Both the position numbers and the translations under genes were made by a program. This document shows, piece after piece, positions 20,678 to 31,243 of a stretch of 64,000 nucleotides of DNA. The DNA lies in contig CAVWBU010000023.1 in the NCBI GenBank assembly GCA_963753345.1, forward strand, positions 1 to 64,000, read 5' to 3'. The stretch is from an uncultured Fibrobacterota bacterium (GTDB lineage Bacteria; Fibrobacterota; Chitinivibrionia; Chitinivibrionales; FEN-1185). Below the pieces are notes generated by a model. It saw only the letters and a list, made by a program, of their open reading frames with translations. It had not been told where the DNA came from and searched no databases. Position 1 is the stretch's first letter. Every line of letters starts with the position of its first letter.

Positions 20678-21826
20678 ATGCCTTACTTCGCCCTCATCTC
20701 CGCCCTCCTATCCCTTGCCTATCTTGCCATAATTCTCTTTCTCTTCCTCGGCCTCCGGCGTCTTTTAAAGTCACCCTCTCTCGCCGCCTCCCATAACCTG
20801 AAATTCTCAATTGTCATCTCCGCTCACAATGAAGAACAGAATATCGAAAAGTGCCTCAAGTCCATCCTGTCCCAAACAATAGATTCATCCCGCTACGAAG
20901 TAATCCTTGTAAACGACCGGTCCTCTGACGCCACTTCATCGGTAGCCGGTGCAATTGCAGAACGCCATGCCAACCTGTCAGTCATCAACGTGAACCAGAC
21001 CCCTCAAGAAAAGTCTCCAAAGAAGCATGCCGTCGGCCTTGGCATCGCAGCCACCCACAACGAGATCATCGTCTTTACCGATGCGGATTGCGTCGTACCG
21101 ACAACATGGCTCGAAACCATCGACCGCTACTTCGATGAGGACACCGGGCTTGTCCAGGGCATTACCGCCTACGAGCGTGTTCCGGGGATGAACCGTTTGT
21201 TCTTCGGGCTCCAGGCTGTGGATTTTCTGTCGCACGGCGTGGTGGCGGCGGCGGCTATCGGCGCGGGCCTGCCCCTCAATTCCAACGCGAACAACTTTGC
21301 GTTCAGGAAAAAGGCCTTTACCGACGCGCAAGGATACGGCGACCAGGCCGCGGTGATTTCCGGCGACGACGATCTTCTGCTTCAGAGGATTTGGCGCACC
21401 GGCACGTGGCGCGTGCGGTATATGACTGAAAGTGCGGGAAAAGTTACCACGCTGCCGACGCCCACGGTTCGAGGCGTGTTCGAGCAGCGCAAGCGGTGGG
21501 GATCAAAGACCGTGCACTACAACGCGGGCCAGGTGTATCTGCTGTCTTCGGTGTTCCTCTTTTACGCCGCAATCGCGGCCGTCTTCTGCGCCGGTTTTTT
21601 CCATCCCGTTTCTTTTGCCTTGTGCGCGGGAATGCTGCTTGTCAAGCTGTTCGGCGAGATGTGGCTCATGGTACCGGGCGCACGCCTGTTCGGCGAGCAG
21701 CGGCTGGCAAAATTCATCGCGCCCGCCTCGCTCATCCAGCTCCCTGTGGTGCTTTTCGCGGTGGTTCTCGGGGTGTTCGGAAAGTTTACATGGAAGGAAC
21801 AGCGGTTCGCCAGATTGTCGAGATGA
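20678..21826 (+). CDS. GT2 glycosyltransferase (membrane, CESA-like)
   Basis: SAHNEE, VNDRSSD, FTDADC, SGDD and QRKRW motifs. Confidence 0.92.
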   Translation: MPYFALISALLSLAYLAIILFLFLGLRRLLKSPSLAASHNLKFSIVISAHNEEQNIEKCLKSILSQTIDSSRYEVILVNDRSSDATSSVAGAIAERHANLSVINVNQTPQEKSPKKHAVGLGIAATHNEIIVFTDADCVVPTTWLETIDRYFDEDTGLVQGITAYERVPGMNRLFFGLQAVDFLSHGVVAAAAIGAGLPLNSNANNFAFRKKAFTDAQGYGDQAAVISGDDDLLLQRIWRTGTWRVRYMTESAGKVTTLPTPTVRGVFEQRKRWGSKTVHYNAGQVYLLSSVFLFYAAIAAVFCAGFFHPVSFALCAGMLLVKLFGEMWLMVPGARLFGEQRLAKFIAPASLIQLPVVLFAVVLGVFGKFTWKEQRFARLSR

Positions 21827-21850
21827 CCTTCAAATCGCTTGCCAAGTAAT

Positions 21851-21882
21851 AAAGGCGCCCGAATGCGGGCGCCATTTCTTTT
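21851..21882. terminator. Probable bidirectional intrinsic terminator
   Basis: GGCGCCCG-aatg-CGGGCGCC with A-rich and T-rich flanks, between convergent genes. Confidence 0.65.
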
Positions 21883-21904
21883 CATCAAACAATCTCCATG
21901 CATA

Positions 21905-24736
21905 TCATTGCGAAACAAGAACCCGCCTTACAATCCGGTTCCCGTCGTTAAACGAGAAACGGGCAAAGTAGACCCCCGATCCTGCGGCACGGCCCGGCAC
22001 CGCGCTCGCTATCGGATGCCATCCTTCGGTCTGCAGAGCCGCGGGAATCCTCTCCACCACCCTGCCGTTCGCGCTGAGCATCTCGACAGCAACGATTGCC
22101 GGCCTGCTCAGGAAATAACGAATGGTTTTGCCGCTCACGCCGATCTTCACGCCGGGGAGTGCCGCGAACAACTGCGACACAGCGGGCTTGAGATAGGTTA
22201 CCGGATCGCTTACGGGACCCACGTTGAACGTCGTCGAGCCGCCCGTGAGCCCTGCCGACGCGGCACTGACCGTCACAGCGCCCGACGTGAACGTTGTTCT
22301 CACCGCGACTTTGCACTTTCCGCCTTCGATCATCAAATTGGGGTCGCCGGGCGCATGCCAGTTCGCGGGCTGCGCGGCGTTGACGTATTGGTCAGAGCCT
22401 CCTCTGTAGGAGCCGGGGCCGCTCACGCTCCAGGTTATCAAACCGCTGTCCATCGGACACCAGTTTCCGTTTGCGTCGACAACGGTTGCCAGGATCAGGG
22501 CGGCATCCGTTCCGTTGGCCCTGAACGTAAAGACTTCGCCGTCCGGCTTCACTATGTGCGGATCAACGGTGAGCACAATGTGGTCAGGATTACCTGCGGT
22601 CTTTTCCGTGTCGGAGCAGACCACGTTTCCGCTTCCGTCAAGCCCTTGGGCCACAAGGGTGCCGGAGGCCCACGCAACGTTGTCCCACCAGACTTCGCAC
22701 GGTAACTGGGTGCTGGTCTGGGTGTGATCGTTGTTGGGCGCGACGCCCGTAAGCCCGTTGGGTGCCTTTGTCCCGATGGCCGTACCGTTTAAGAGAAGCC
22801 GTACCTGGGGACAGTTGCTGAACCCGTAGACACGCACCGTGCCCGACCTGTTCCAATGGTTCCCGAGCTTCACCGCCGGTTTTGTGGCGAACGGGATCCA
22901 GCAGGACTGGTACCCGTAGTACAGGAGCTTGGGAATGCGGTTGAAATCCATCATCGAGCACTCAAACGACCTGCACTTCGGATACGTTGCGGTGTTCTTG
23001 TAGGGAAGCGAAATGCCGTCCTCGCCGGGCGTCTCGGACATGTACCATTGTGCCATGCCGAAGCAGTTCTTCGCCCTGCTGTTCACCCACGTGTTCATGT
23101 AGTCTGCGCAGAAGGCAATTTCGTAATCGTACTCGAACCTCGCCATCCTGCTGTAGTCGCTCCACCACTCCGCGCCCCAGGCAGGATTGTTGGGATACTG
23201 GTTCTTCACGCCGATTTCGCATCCGACAACCGTGCAGGAAAGCAGGAAGCCATATGCTGGATTTGGTGTACGGTCGGCGGTCACATGCGGGTTGACGGGT
23301 TCCCACTGCGCGATAAGCGCCGTGAGCGACTGGGCCAATGCCAGGGAGTTCCCGCCGTTGTCTATTTCCCACGCAAGGATGGACGGATGGTTCCTGTCCC
23401 GGATTACTACGTCGCGCTGTATCTCGCTTTTGAGTATGCCTTTCGCGTCGGTGGGCGCCACTCCGTTGAACGAGCCCTCGCCATCGCCGCTCGGCTGGAT
23501 GAGCATGACTCCCTCGTTGTCGCATGCCTCAACAAATCCCGCGCTGCACGACGAGTGTCCCGGCCGCCACAGGCTGCCGCCTATGTCCGCGAGCAGTTTG
23601 GCGTCGCGCCACTCGACCTCCGGCGGAAGCGCGGTCCCGAGAGCGGGATAATCGTAGCGTGCCGAAGCCCCGTACAAAAGATGCTTGTGGCCGTTGAAAT
23701 AGGGGAAGTTCTGGTCCCATGTCAGCATGTGGATCCCGTAGCTGTCGGTAAACACGTCGACCGTGGCGCCGTTGACTTTGAGGATATGATACACCTGGTG
23801 CATGTACGGCGTGCCGTAGGGGCTGTTGTTGGGATACCACAGGTGCGGGTTGGCAACGGTGGCAGTCTGGTTGAAAACATAGGCAGCCCCGGCGGCTATC
23901 GACTGCGTCGCGTCGCCGGACCACACCACGGTGTTGGTTGCATCGACCAGCTTGGTGGTAAGAGTGACGTTCGCCGCCGCGGTGCCCTGGTTCTGGACGT
24001 TCGTCTGGAAGTCGATCGTGGCAGAGGAGCCGTCGTTGGCCACGCTGCTCGCCGACTCGTAGGTACCCCATTGGTTCACGCACGAATACACGTTGAGCGG
24101 CACGTGCACAGGGTCGGTGATGTGCAACCACACGGGCCTAAAGATTCCGGCGTCGGCCTGGCCGAACCGGAAGACTTCCGAAAAACCCGGGTCGGCATAG
24201 AAACCCTGGTTCTTTGAAACCAGAACCGCAATCACGTTGTCCACGCCGCCAAAATGTACCAGGCTGGTGATATCCAGGACAAATCCGATGAAGCCGATAA
24301 CGTGCGTTGCCTGCGGGTTCTCCGCGCTGTTGCCAGGCATAAACGTCCCATTGCAGTACACCTGGCAGCCGATGTGGACGCCCTCAAATTCTATGAATAT
24401 CTTTCGGGCGGCATAAGCGTTGTCGAGCGTGAAGTGCTTTCTGTACCAGAAGGGACCGCCCTCCATGCTGCCGTCGCCGCCGCCCGATGCCTGGTTGAGG
24501 AATGATTCGGAGTCGGCCCACGTGTTCGGGATTCCAACAGTGAGACCCGCTGCATCGTTATAGGCGACCGCAGCAGCCGCATTGTTCGGAGGATTGGACT
24601 TGATCAATTTCCATGGCGTCTCGCCGAGGTTGATTTTCACACGGTTGCTGGGCTCGCCGGTGTAAACATCGGCCCGGACCGTTATCGAGCCTGCGAGCAG
24701 GACTGCGAATACTGCGATTGCATTCTTGATGGACAT
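21905..24736 (-). CDS. Secreted GH2-family glycoside hydrolase with C-terminal Ig-like sorting tail
   Basis: WYRKHF, FIEFEGV, GIFRPVWL and RDRNHPSILAWE motifs; signal peptide. Confidence 0.88.
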   Translation of the reverse strand: MSIKNAIAVFAVLLAGSITVRADVYTGEPSNRVKINLGETPWKLIKSNPPNNAAAAVAYNDAAGLTVGIPNTWADSESFLNQASGGGDGSMEGGPFWYRKHFTLDNAYAARKIFIEFEGVHIGCQVYCNGTFMPGNSAENPQATHVIGFIGFVLDITSLVHFGGVDNVIAVLVSKNQGFYADPGFSEVFRFGQADAGIFRPVWLHITDPVHVPLNVYSCVNQWGTYESASSVANDGSSATIDFQTNVQNQGTAAANVTLTTKLVDATNTVVWSGDATQSIAAGAAYVFNQTATVANPHLWYPNNSPYGTPYMHQVYHILKVNGATVDVFTDSYGIHMLTWDQNFPYFNGHKHLLYGASARYDYPALGTALPPEVEWRDAKLLADIGGSLWRPGHSSCSAGFVEACDNEGVMLIQPSGDGEGSFNGVAPTDAKGILKSEIQRDVVIRDRNHPSILAWEIDNGGNSLALAQSLTALIAQWEPVNPHVTADRTPNPAYGFLLSCTVVGCEIGVKNQYPNNPAWGAEWWSDYSRMARFEYDYEIAFCADYMNTWVNSRAKNCFGMAQWYMSETPGEDGISLPYKNTATYPKCRSFECSMMDFNRIPKLLYYGYQSCWIPFATKPAVKLGNHWNRSGTVRVYGFSNCPQVRLLLNGTAIGTKAPNGLTGVAPNNDHTQTSTQLPCEVWWDNVAWASGTLVAQGLDGSGNVVCSDTEKTAGNPDHIVLTVDPHIVKPDGEVFTFRANGTDAALILATVVDANGNWCPMDSGLITWSVSGPGSYRGGSDQYVNAAQPANWHAPGDPNLMIEGGKCKVAVRTTFTSGAVTVSAASAGLTGGSTTFNVGPVSDPVTYLKPAVSQLFAALPGVKIGVSGKTIRYFLSRPAIVAVEMLSANGRVVERIPAALQTEGWHPIASAVPGRAAGSGVYFARFSFNDGNRIVRRVLVSQ

Positions 24737-24903
24737 TGAGAACCCCCCTTTTATGGTTAATCGGATAAATAATGATCGAAAACTTCCGCACTGCATGCCC
24801 GTTGGCACCAGTCAGATCTGGTCTATAATATAAGGTATTTGGGGCGATTTGGCAAATAAACGCGATGTGGTGGTAAGAGTAATATTTGGAGTAAGAAAAA
24901 GAA

Positions 24904-25050
24904 TTGGGCGCCCCGCCGCTTCGCGGCGGCGGCCCTCCTTCCGGTCTCGGCCTTCGGCCTCGGGCCGCCTCGGCCCTATGCCGCAGCAGCGGTCGGGTCC
25001 GGGCGGCACCGCGCTCCAGCGCGGCCTCCAGTCCTGCCTGGCGCGCGGCG
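24904..25050 (-). repeat. A module (copy 5), partner of B at 26519
   Basis: Nearly collinear with A at 59356. Confidence 0.9.
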
Positions 25051-25211
25051 AAACGACCAATGCCGCAATTGTCAAGGTCCTGTTTACAATCCGCAATATA
25101 CAATCAACAATCTACAAGAAGGAGTCTTGCCGGGCACAGATAAGGAATTCATCAGGCAGTTCCTTCTATCTATGAGCCGCGGAAATAGTGAACCATTGAA
25201 ACCGCATTCTA

Positions 25212-25574
25212 TTATGGGGCCACATAAACATCGGAACACAGACATTGATTTTGGCCGCGAACGTAGTCAATCACGCTAATCTTAGTAACGTACTTGCCAG
25301 GCCCAACCGGATTGCCGTTCATGTCCTTCCCGTCCCAGATGTAGTACAATCCCGTTCCGTTCGAATCTTGAGAATAGGCAACGAGGCGCTTATTGAAATC
25401 GTAGATTTCTACAAAGCCGAAAATCTTGGTCGTATCCGACGGTTTCGTTTTTGGCATAGTCACCTTGGAGCAATCCAGTCCGTAGGTGCTTTGAAATTGC
25501 GTCGGCGAGTTGAAGCAGCCCAAAGCAAACACCAGATGACCGGCAAGGATAATAGGAAGAATATTTCTGACCAT
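25212..25574 (-). CDS. Small lipoprotein with FlgD-Ig-like domain
   Basis: Lipobox ALGC; VEIYD...WDGKDMNGNPVGPGKY. Confidence 0.7.
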   Translation of the reverse strand: MVRNILPIILAGHLVFALGCFNSPTQFQSTYGLDCSKVTMPKTKPSDTTKIFGFVEIYDFNKRLVAYSQDSNGTGLYYIWDGKDMNGNPVGPGKYVTKISVIDYVRGQNQCLCSDVYVAP

Positions 25575-25582
25575 ACTTCTCC

Positions 25583-26239
25583 TTAATAGAAAGTATACCG
25601 CAATGTCAATCTAATGGCGCTTGTGTTGTAAATTTGAGCGAATTGAACCTGTTTCCAATCGGTCTGACCTGAAACAGTGTCTTGGTATGCCACTTCGATC
25701 TTATCGTAATATCCAGGCTGCGAAAACTGATACTCCAGCACGGCAGACAAGTGCTTGATAAATTCAACCCCGGTTCCCAAAGAACAGCAGAAGCCAATGC
25801 CGGCAAATTGTTGGTCCATTGCGCCGCCAAAAGGATACCTCCACATGGCTACTCCTGCAGACCCGGATATAAATACTAATGGAGCAACCTTACGAACATA
25901 ATACGAAAGCTCAAGAGCGTCGGCATTGTTCAAAATCATGGTTGTATACGGATACATAACGTCGGACTTGTTCGCAAACGCAAACTCAAACCTATTGCCG
26001 AAATTATATCCAACTCTGAAATCAAGACAGAGAGCGGTATTTCCGCTGGTCTTACCGTATCCTTTGGCGGTGTCGATTTGCACGTAGGGAACTGTTATGT
26101 CTTCCGCTAACCCTGCACCGGCGGAGAGGATGAAACCCTTGAGGACGTCGTCGAAACCGAAAGCATTTACCGAGAAGAAGACCATCAAGAGCGTTGGAAG
26201 AACGGGGTTGGAAAAGTGTTTGAGGTTCTTATTAGTCAT
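25583..26239 (-). CDS. Putative outer-membrane beta-barrel protein
   Basis: Signal peptide, alternating beta pattern, C-terminal LTLRYTFY. Confidence 0.6.
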   Translation of the reverse strand: MTNKNLKHFSNPVLPTLLMVFFSVNAFGFDDVLKGFILSAGAGLAEDITVPYVQIDTAKGYGKTSGNTALCLDFRVGYNFGNRFEFAFANKSDVMYPYTTMILNNADALELSYYVRKVAPLVFISGSAGVAMWRYPFGGAMDQQFAGIGFCCSLGTGVEFIKHLSAVLEYQFSQPGYYDKIEVAYQDTVSGQTDWKQVQFAQIYNTSAIRLTLRYTFY

Positions 26240-26359
26240 TATGAGTCGTTCACTCGCGTCATCTCGTGGCAAGTCTTTTTCGTCGAGAGCGGGCGCGTAT
26301 AACTGACAAGATGCAATATAGGTGTCCCCACTTACCATTGGCAAATCTGTTACTTCAAA

Positions 26360-26389
26360 ATTGCTTCGTCGCAGACTTCTCGCAATGAC
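26360..26389. repeat. REP-like palindromic repeat (ATTGCTTCG...CGCAATGAC)
   Basis: Related to the reverse complement of 2594-2616 (TTGCGAG...CGAAGCAATCT). Confidence 0.55.
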
Positions 26390-26518
26390 ACGACATCCGG
26401 CCCATTCCACTTTGTATTTCTACTTCTTTGTCATTTTGTATTTCTTCAACAATCGCTCCTTGGTGCCCCCGCAAGAAGAAAAGTTACAAAGTGACAAAGA
26501 GAAGTAAGTGCATAGTAC

Positions 26519-26679
26519 CACTGCTCTCCATGGGTGCCCCCACGCCGGTGCTTGATTCTTGCAACAGCACTCTCAAGGGGTGCACCCAGGAGGGGGTAGC
26601 GGAGGACCGGCCGCGGCCATTCAGAATACTGTCTTGAAAAGTGTCGCGGCCGGGCCGGAGCGAGGGGGAAACCTCCCCC
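26519..26679 (-). repeat. B module (copy 6), with a partial duplicate end at ~26452-26470
   Basis: Reverse complement aligns with B at 2405 and 12025. Confidence 0.9.
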
Positions 26680-26716
26680 GCAAAAAGTCACATCTTGATA
26701 AACCATAATTACAATC

Positions 26717-28156
26717 TCAACCTCCCCCCTCATTCCTCGCAATGCAATCCTTCCAATATCCCTTTATCGCCTCCCACACTTCCCTGCCCGATCCCGACCG
26801 GCTCACCCACACGATGCACAAATCGTCCCGGTGCCGCTTCACCCAGCGCGTGGCGATTTCCTGCTCCGGAAAGTCGGTGGGGTTGGGCGGGAGCGTGCCG
26901 CCAAAGAAGAACGCCTCGAGCTCCGACTCCATGGCCGGGCCGTCGGCGTAGTCCGACGAAAACGGTCTCAGGTTTATCTTCTGGTTCTTGCGGAACCAGA
27001 ACGACATGCCCCTGCCCTGCTCGGCGTGCGGCAGGAGCACCACGCAGTCGTCAAGCGGCGCGAAATCGCCCTTGCGCTCCGCGATCTCGATCTGGCTGTT
27101 GAGAACCGGCGAATGCTTTCGGATGAGGCGGTATTCGTAAATCAGGCTTTCCAGCTCCGAGCCGCACCGGTGGGTCACGAGCTGGTGGGATTCGGAGCGT
27201 ATGCGGTCGAGCTTGTCCGGCGATTCGTCGGACGCGCGGAAATATCCCGAAAGCCTTCTCCTGAGGCTCGTCGCCTTGCCGATATACAAATAGGAATTAT
27301 TTTTTGCCTTGAACCCGTACACGCCCGGGCCGGCCGGCGCGTTCGCGATGTCCTCACGGGAAAACGCCTTTGACGAAAAGTCGAACGAGAACAGCTCCTT
27401 CTGCTCCGCTTCCTCAATATCGGAGAACCGCGTGATGCCTTTTCCGCGCATTTCATCGAGCAGCCTGGAGCAGCACAGGGCGAAGCGCTCGCCGTGCCGG
27501 TAGGCATAGCCCGCGGCGGCCGGCGAGCCAAACAGGGTTATATTGCATTGGTCAAGAGAGAGTGGCCGCGGCGCCGGCCGGCCGCAGCAGGAAAAAAGCG
27601 TCCCGGCGAGCACGGCGCTGTCGGGCGCGGGCAGGCCTGCTTCGGCGGCGAGCTGTGAAAACAGCGCGTGCTGCCGCCAGGATAGAAACAGCGGCGTTCT
27701 TGCTTCACAGGCGCGAATGAGAAGGCCGGCCTTTTCCTGGCCCGGCTCCTCGGAAAACGGCGTGTCGCCCACGCTTGCGAGAAGCTCCTGTTCCTCAAAG
27801 GGAAGCGACGCCGGGTCCGCAAGCCACCGCTCGAACAGCAGTTCGGGGGCTTCGCTCACCGTCCACACGGAAACGTGCGCCGCGCGCCGGGGGTCGTTGG
27901 GCAGCACGAGAAAGTAGACCGCAGCCCAGGGGATTTCCGAAAGCGGCTTCGATGCATCGGGCGACGCGGCCGTTTCTGAAACGCGCCAGAGATTGTCTTC
28001 GCCCAACGAAAAGCGTCCATCCTTTGAAAGGATTCCCCGCATTGCGACATGCGCGAGGTTTTCGTCGGGGTTCTTGAACTTGAGGAACTCTTGCGCCAGT
28101 ACGGGCGACGGAGACGGCCCGTGCTGCCGCAGGTATGTCAGTATCTCATCGTGCAT
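26717..28156 (-). CDS. UvrC/Cho-like GIY-YIG nuclease with a degenerate N-terminal (DnaQ-like?) region
   Basis: PAGPGVYGF...YLYIGKATSLRRRLSGYF...SELESLIYEYRLIRKHSPVLN. Confidence 0.8.
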   Translation of the reverse strand: MHDEILTYLRQHGPSPSPVLAQEFLKFKNPDENLAHVAMRGILSKDGRFSLGEDNLWRVSETAASPDASKPLSEIPWAAVYFLVLPNDPRRAAHVSVWTVSEAPELLFERWLADPASLPFEEQELLASVGDTPFSEEPGQEKAGLLIRACEARTPLFLSWRQHALFSQLAAEAGLPAPDSAVLAGTLFSCCGRPAPRPLSLDQCNITLFGSPAAAGYAYRHGERFALCCSRLLDEMRGKGITRFSDIEEAEQKELFSFDFSSKAFSREDIANAPAGPGVYGFKAKNNSYLYIGKATSLRRRLSGYFRASDESPDKLDRIRSESHQLVTHRCGSELESLIYEYRLIRKHSPVLNSQIEIAERKGDFAPLDDCVVLLPHAEQGRGMSFWFRKNQKINLRPFSSDYADGPAMESELEAFFFGGTLPPNPTDFPEQEIATRWVKRHRDDLCIVWVSRSGSGREVWEAIKGYWKDCIARNEGGG

Positions 28157-28393
28157 GACGCGCTCTTTCCGTGAGCTGGTGACAGCATAATAAAACTACC
28201 TTCCCGGCGTAAAATGGCGCAACAAGCCTGCCGCAAGGCAATATTCGCCTTTGTTAAGATTCCGAGGCGGGACCGGCGGGGCGTTTACCCATTGCGCCGG
28301 AAAAGGGTTGTGCGCCGCCGCACGGGCTGTTATTTTATACACCGACCGGGACGCGGCGTGCGCTGCGTCCCGTTTCCCGACGGCAACAACCGG

Positions 28394-29959
28394 ATGTCAA
28401 CTCTCCACACCACCATCGACCGGCCCGACCTCAGGCGCTCGATCACCATCGCGTCGGCCATCATGATGTCGTCGGTGCTCCTCAGCAGGATTATGGGGCT
28501 GGTGCGCGAACAGGTGCTGTCGGGATACTGCGGTACGTCAACCGAGATGAACGCCTACGTGGCGTCGTTCATCATCCCCGAGATCCTCAACCATTTCCTG
28601 GCGGGCGGCTTCCTTTCCATCACGTTTATCCCGATTTTCCAGAAATACCTGCTGAGCGGCGAGCGCGAAAAATCGTGGCGGGTGTTCTCCAACCTCCTCA
28701 CCACCGGCACCATCGCGCTTTCGGTGCTCGTCGCCCTCTCCATGATATTTACAAAGCAGATCGTCGGCCTCATGGGCCATGGCGTGCCCACCGAGCTCAC
28801 GGTGCGGCTCACCCGCATCATCATGCCCGCGCAGCTCCTCTTTTACTGGGGCGCGTTCCTTCTCGCGGTCCAGTACGCGAACAACCGATTCTTCCTGCCC
28901 GCGATGCTGCCGCTCTGCTACAACGGCGGCATCATCCTCGGCGGTATCGTGCTGTACCCGATTATCGGCATCGAAGGATTTGCGTGGGGCGTTCTGGCCG
29001 GCTCGATCGTGGGGAACATCGCGTTGCAGCTGCCCGGCGCGCTCGGCGTGGGCATGCGGTACCGGTTTGTCGTTGATGTCAAGGACAAGGACCTTTCGCG
29101 GTACGTGCTGCTCACCCTGCCGCTTATTCTGGGCCTGGGCATGACCTTTTCAAACGAGATTTTCTTCCGGTATTTCGGGTCGTTCCTCAAGGGCGGCGCG
29201 CTCGCAAGCATCAACTATTCCCTCCGCACCATGATGATTTTCGTGGGCGTGTTCGGCCAGGCCGCCGGCGTGGCGTCCTATCCGTTTCTGTCAAGGCTTG
29301 CCGCCGAGAAGAATTTCGGGGAAATGAACGATATCCTCAATTCCCTCATCCGCAAGATTTCCGCGTTCCTCATCCCCTGCTGCGGCGCGCTCATCCCGCT
29401 CTCCTCCCAGGTGATCGCCGTTTTGTACCAGCACGGCAGGTTCGACGCAGCCTCGACCGCGGCCACCGCGCCCGTGCTCGCCGTGTACCTTGTCGGCGCG
29501 TTTCCGTTCGCCGCGAGCACCATCGTGATGAGGAGCTATTATGCGGAGCAGAAGATGATTTTCCCCATGGCGGTGAACTCGGCGGTGGCCCTGGCAAGCA
29601 TCCCCTGTTACCTGGGGCTGAGCGCCGCGCTCGGCGCCATGGGCATTGCGCTCGCGTCGTCGGCCGCGATGACCGTGCAGTTCTTCATCCTGTACTGGAC
29701 ATGGGAGAAGCGGCACTCCTTCTTCGCGGCGTTTTCGGAAACGCTTCTCTGCCTCGGCAAGGTCGTTGCCATTGCGGCCGGGGCGGCGGCGCTCAGCCTT
29801 GGCGTCAAGACGGTCCTCGCCCGGCACCTCGGCGGCCACTCGGTCGTTGCGAATCTCCTTCTCGCGGCCGGCGCCGGTATTCCCGCGCTCGCCGCGGCCG
29901 CCGCGGCGCTGCACGCCCTTAAGGTGGTAAACCTTCGCCGGCTTGCGAAAAGGGTTTGA
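28394..29959 (+). CDS. murJ: Lipid II flippase MurJ
   Basis: LSRIMGLVREQ, FIIPE...GG...FIPIF and QHGRFD motifs; many TM segments. Confidence 0.92.
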   Translation: MSTLHTTIDRPDLRRSITIASAIMMSSVLLSRIMGLVREQVLSGYCGTSTEMNAYVASFIIPEILNHFLAGGFLSITFIPIFQKYLLSGEREKSWRVFSNLLTTGTIALSVLVALSMIFTKQIVGLMGHGVPTELTVRLTRIIMPAQLLFYWGAFLLAVQYANNRFFLPAMLPLCYNGGIILGGIVLYPIIGIEGFAWGVLAGSIVGNIALQLPGALGVGMRYRFVVDVKDKDLSRYVLLTLPLILGLGMTFSNEIFFRYFGSFLKGGALASINYSLRTMMIFVGVFGQAAGVASYPFLSRLAAEKNFGEMNDILNSLIRKISAFLIPCCGALIPLSSQVIAVLYQHGRFDAASTAATAPVLAVYLVGAFPFAASTIVMRSYYAEQKMIFPMAVNSAVALASIPCYLGLSAALGAMGIALASSAAMTVQFFILYWTWEKRHSFFAAFSETLLCLGKVVAIAAGAAALSLGVKTVLARHLGGHSVVANLLLAAGAGIPALAAAAAALHALKVVNLRRLAKRV

Positions 29960-30101
29960 TACAAACTTCCAATAAAAATGTAATATCTGTTTCACCTGCC
30001 GTGCGCAATTGTTAATTTATTACCCCTCTGCCTTACAAACGGGGAATCCGGTCTCTGTACAGTCGGGAATTGTCGCAGGAAAAGAGACAGACGCGCCGCC
30101 C

Positions 30102-31109
30102 ATGAAACCATTTGACAGGAACAGCAGCCTTCTTTTCGCCGGCGCCGCGGCCGCATGCATATTCACCGCAGGCGTGCTCGCGCATGCAAAGAGCCCCGGC
30201 CGTAGTGACCGCGACACAATGGCGTCCCGGAACGCAGCCGCACCCGCTGCCGCGCGGCACCCGCGCGATTCGGCGCTCTTTGTTCCTGCGGCGCAATGGA
30301 CAGGCAGAAAATTCCATGTGCTTTCCAAACAGAAGATGTTCCGTCAGTTCGGGTACGAGCTGTACCTGTCGAAGAACCTGGCCGCGGCCACCGGACCCCT
30401 CGACACGTCCATCGAGACCGCCAAGCACCATGTCCGATGCGACAAGTTCGCCGGCACCACCCTCGTGGCCGCCTCGGTGGAGCCCGCCGGCGACGAATTC
30501 CTTGTTTCCTTTACCCATGCGAAAACGGGCCGCACGGTGTTCGGAAAAACACACAAGGGCGCCATTGAAGGCCTCGCCTGCGAAAGCGACCTCGACAGCG
30601 CCGCAAAAAGATGGACGGGCGCGACCGTATACTCGCGTCGCGGGTTCATCAACACCGGGGACTCGTCCGCGGGTTCCTACGGGAAGATCGCGGTGAAGAT
30701 CCAGGACAGGCTCAAGGTGACCGCGGTGGTCTGGGGCCTCACGCCGCTCCCGCCCAAGCCGCTGTGGCTGCAGGTGGAAACGGCGGCGAAGGAAAAGGGG
30801 TTCATCCCCGTCGCGGTGAGCTGGACAAACACCATGACCGACAAGATCCTGCCCCAGGCTCCCTGGAACGACGAGATCTTCGAATCGAACCCGGCGGACC
30901 TTTACAAGTGGGACAGCCTCACGTGGAGCGCCGTCAACCGGCACACCATCGTAAGCGGCATGACCAAGGAGCAGGTGACCGTGAGCTGGGGCCCGCCGCA
31001 CTCGGTGAACGCCGACACGGCGCGGCGGCAGTGCCCGCTGCAATGGGTGTACGGCGGCCAGTACGTGTGCTTCGACCACGATACGGTCGTTGCCATCGGC
31101 GCGCGGTAG
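30102..31109 (+). CDS. Exported hypothetical protein with a C-terminal GMTKEQV..SWGPP motif
   Basis: Signal peptide; high-GC codon pattern. Confidence 0.7.
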   Translation: MKPFDRNSSLLFAGAAAACIFTAGVLAHAKSPGRSDRDTMASRNAAAPAAARHPRDSALFVPAAQWTGRKFHVLSKQKMFRQFGYELYLSKNLAAATGPLDTSIETAKHHVRCDKFAGTTLVAASVEPAGDEFLVSFTHAKTGRTVFGKTHKGAIEGLACESDLDSAAKRWTGATVYSRRGFINTGDSSAGSYGKIAVKIQDRLKVTAVVWGLTPLPPKPLWLQVETAAKEKGFIPVAVSWTNTMTDKILPQAPWNDEIFESNPADLYKWDSLTWSAVNRHTIVSGMTKEQVTVSWGPPHSVNADTARRQCPLQWVYGGQYVCFDHDTVVAIGAR

Positions 31110-31243
31110 CCGGGCGGCCGGATGCTTTTTTGTAAACACTTCCCAAAGGGGAGAAGACCCGTAAAATTGTCCAAAATTGTTTTCCTTGCGTTGTACCAAT
31201 AGTATATTTAATCAATCCACCCTAAGAAAGGAGAGGTTGTACC

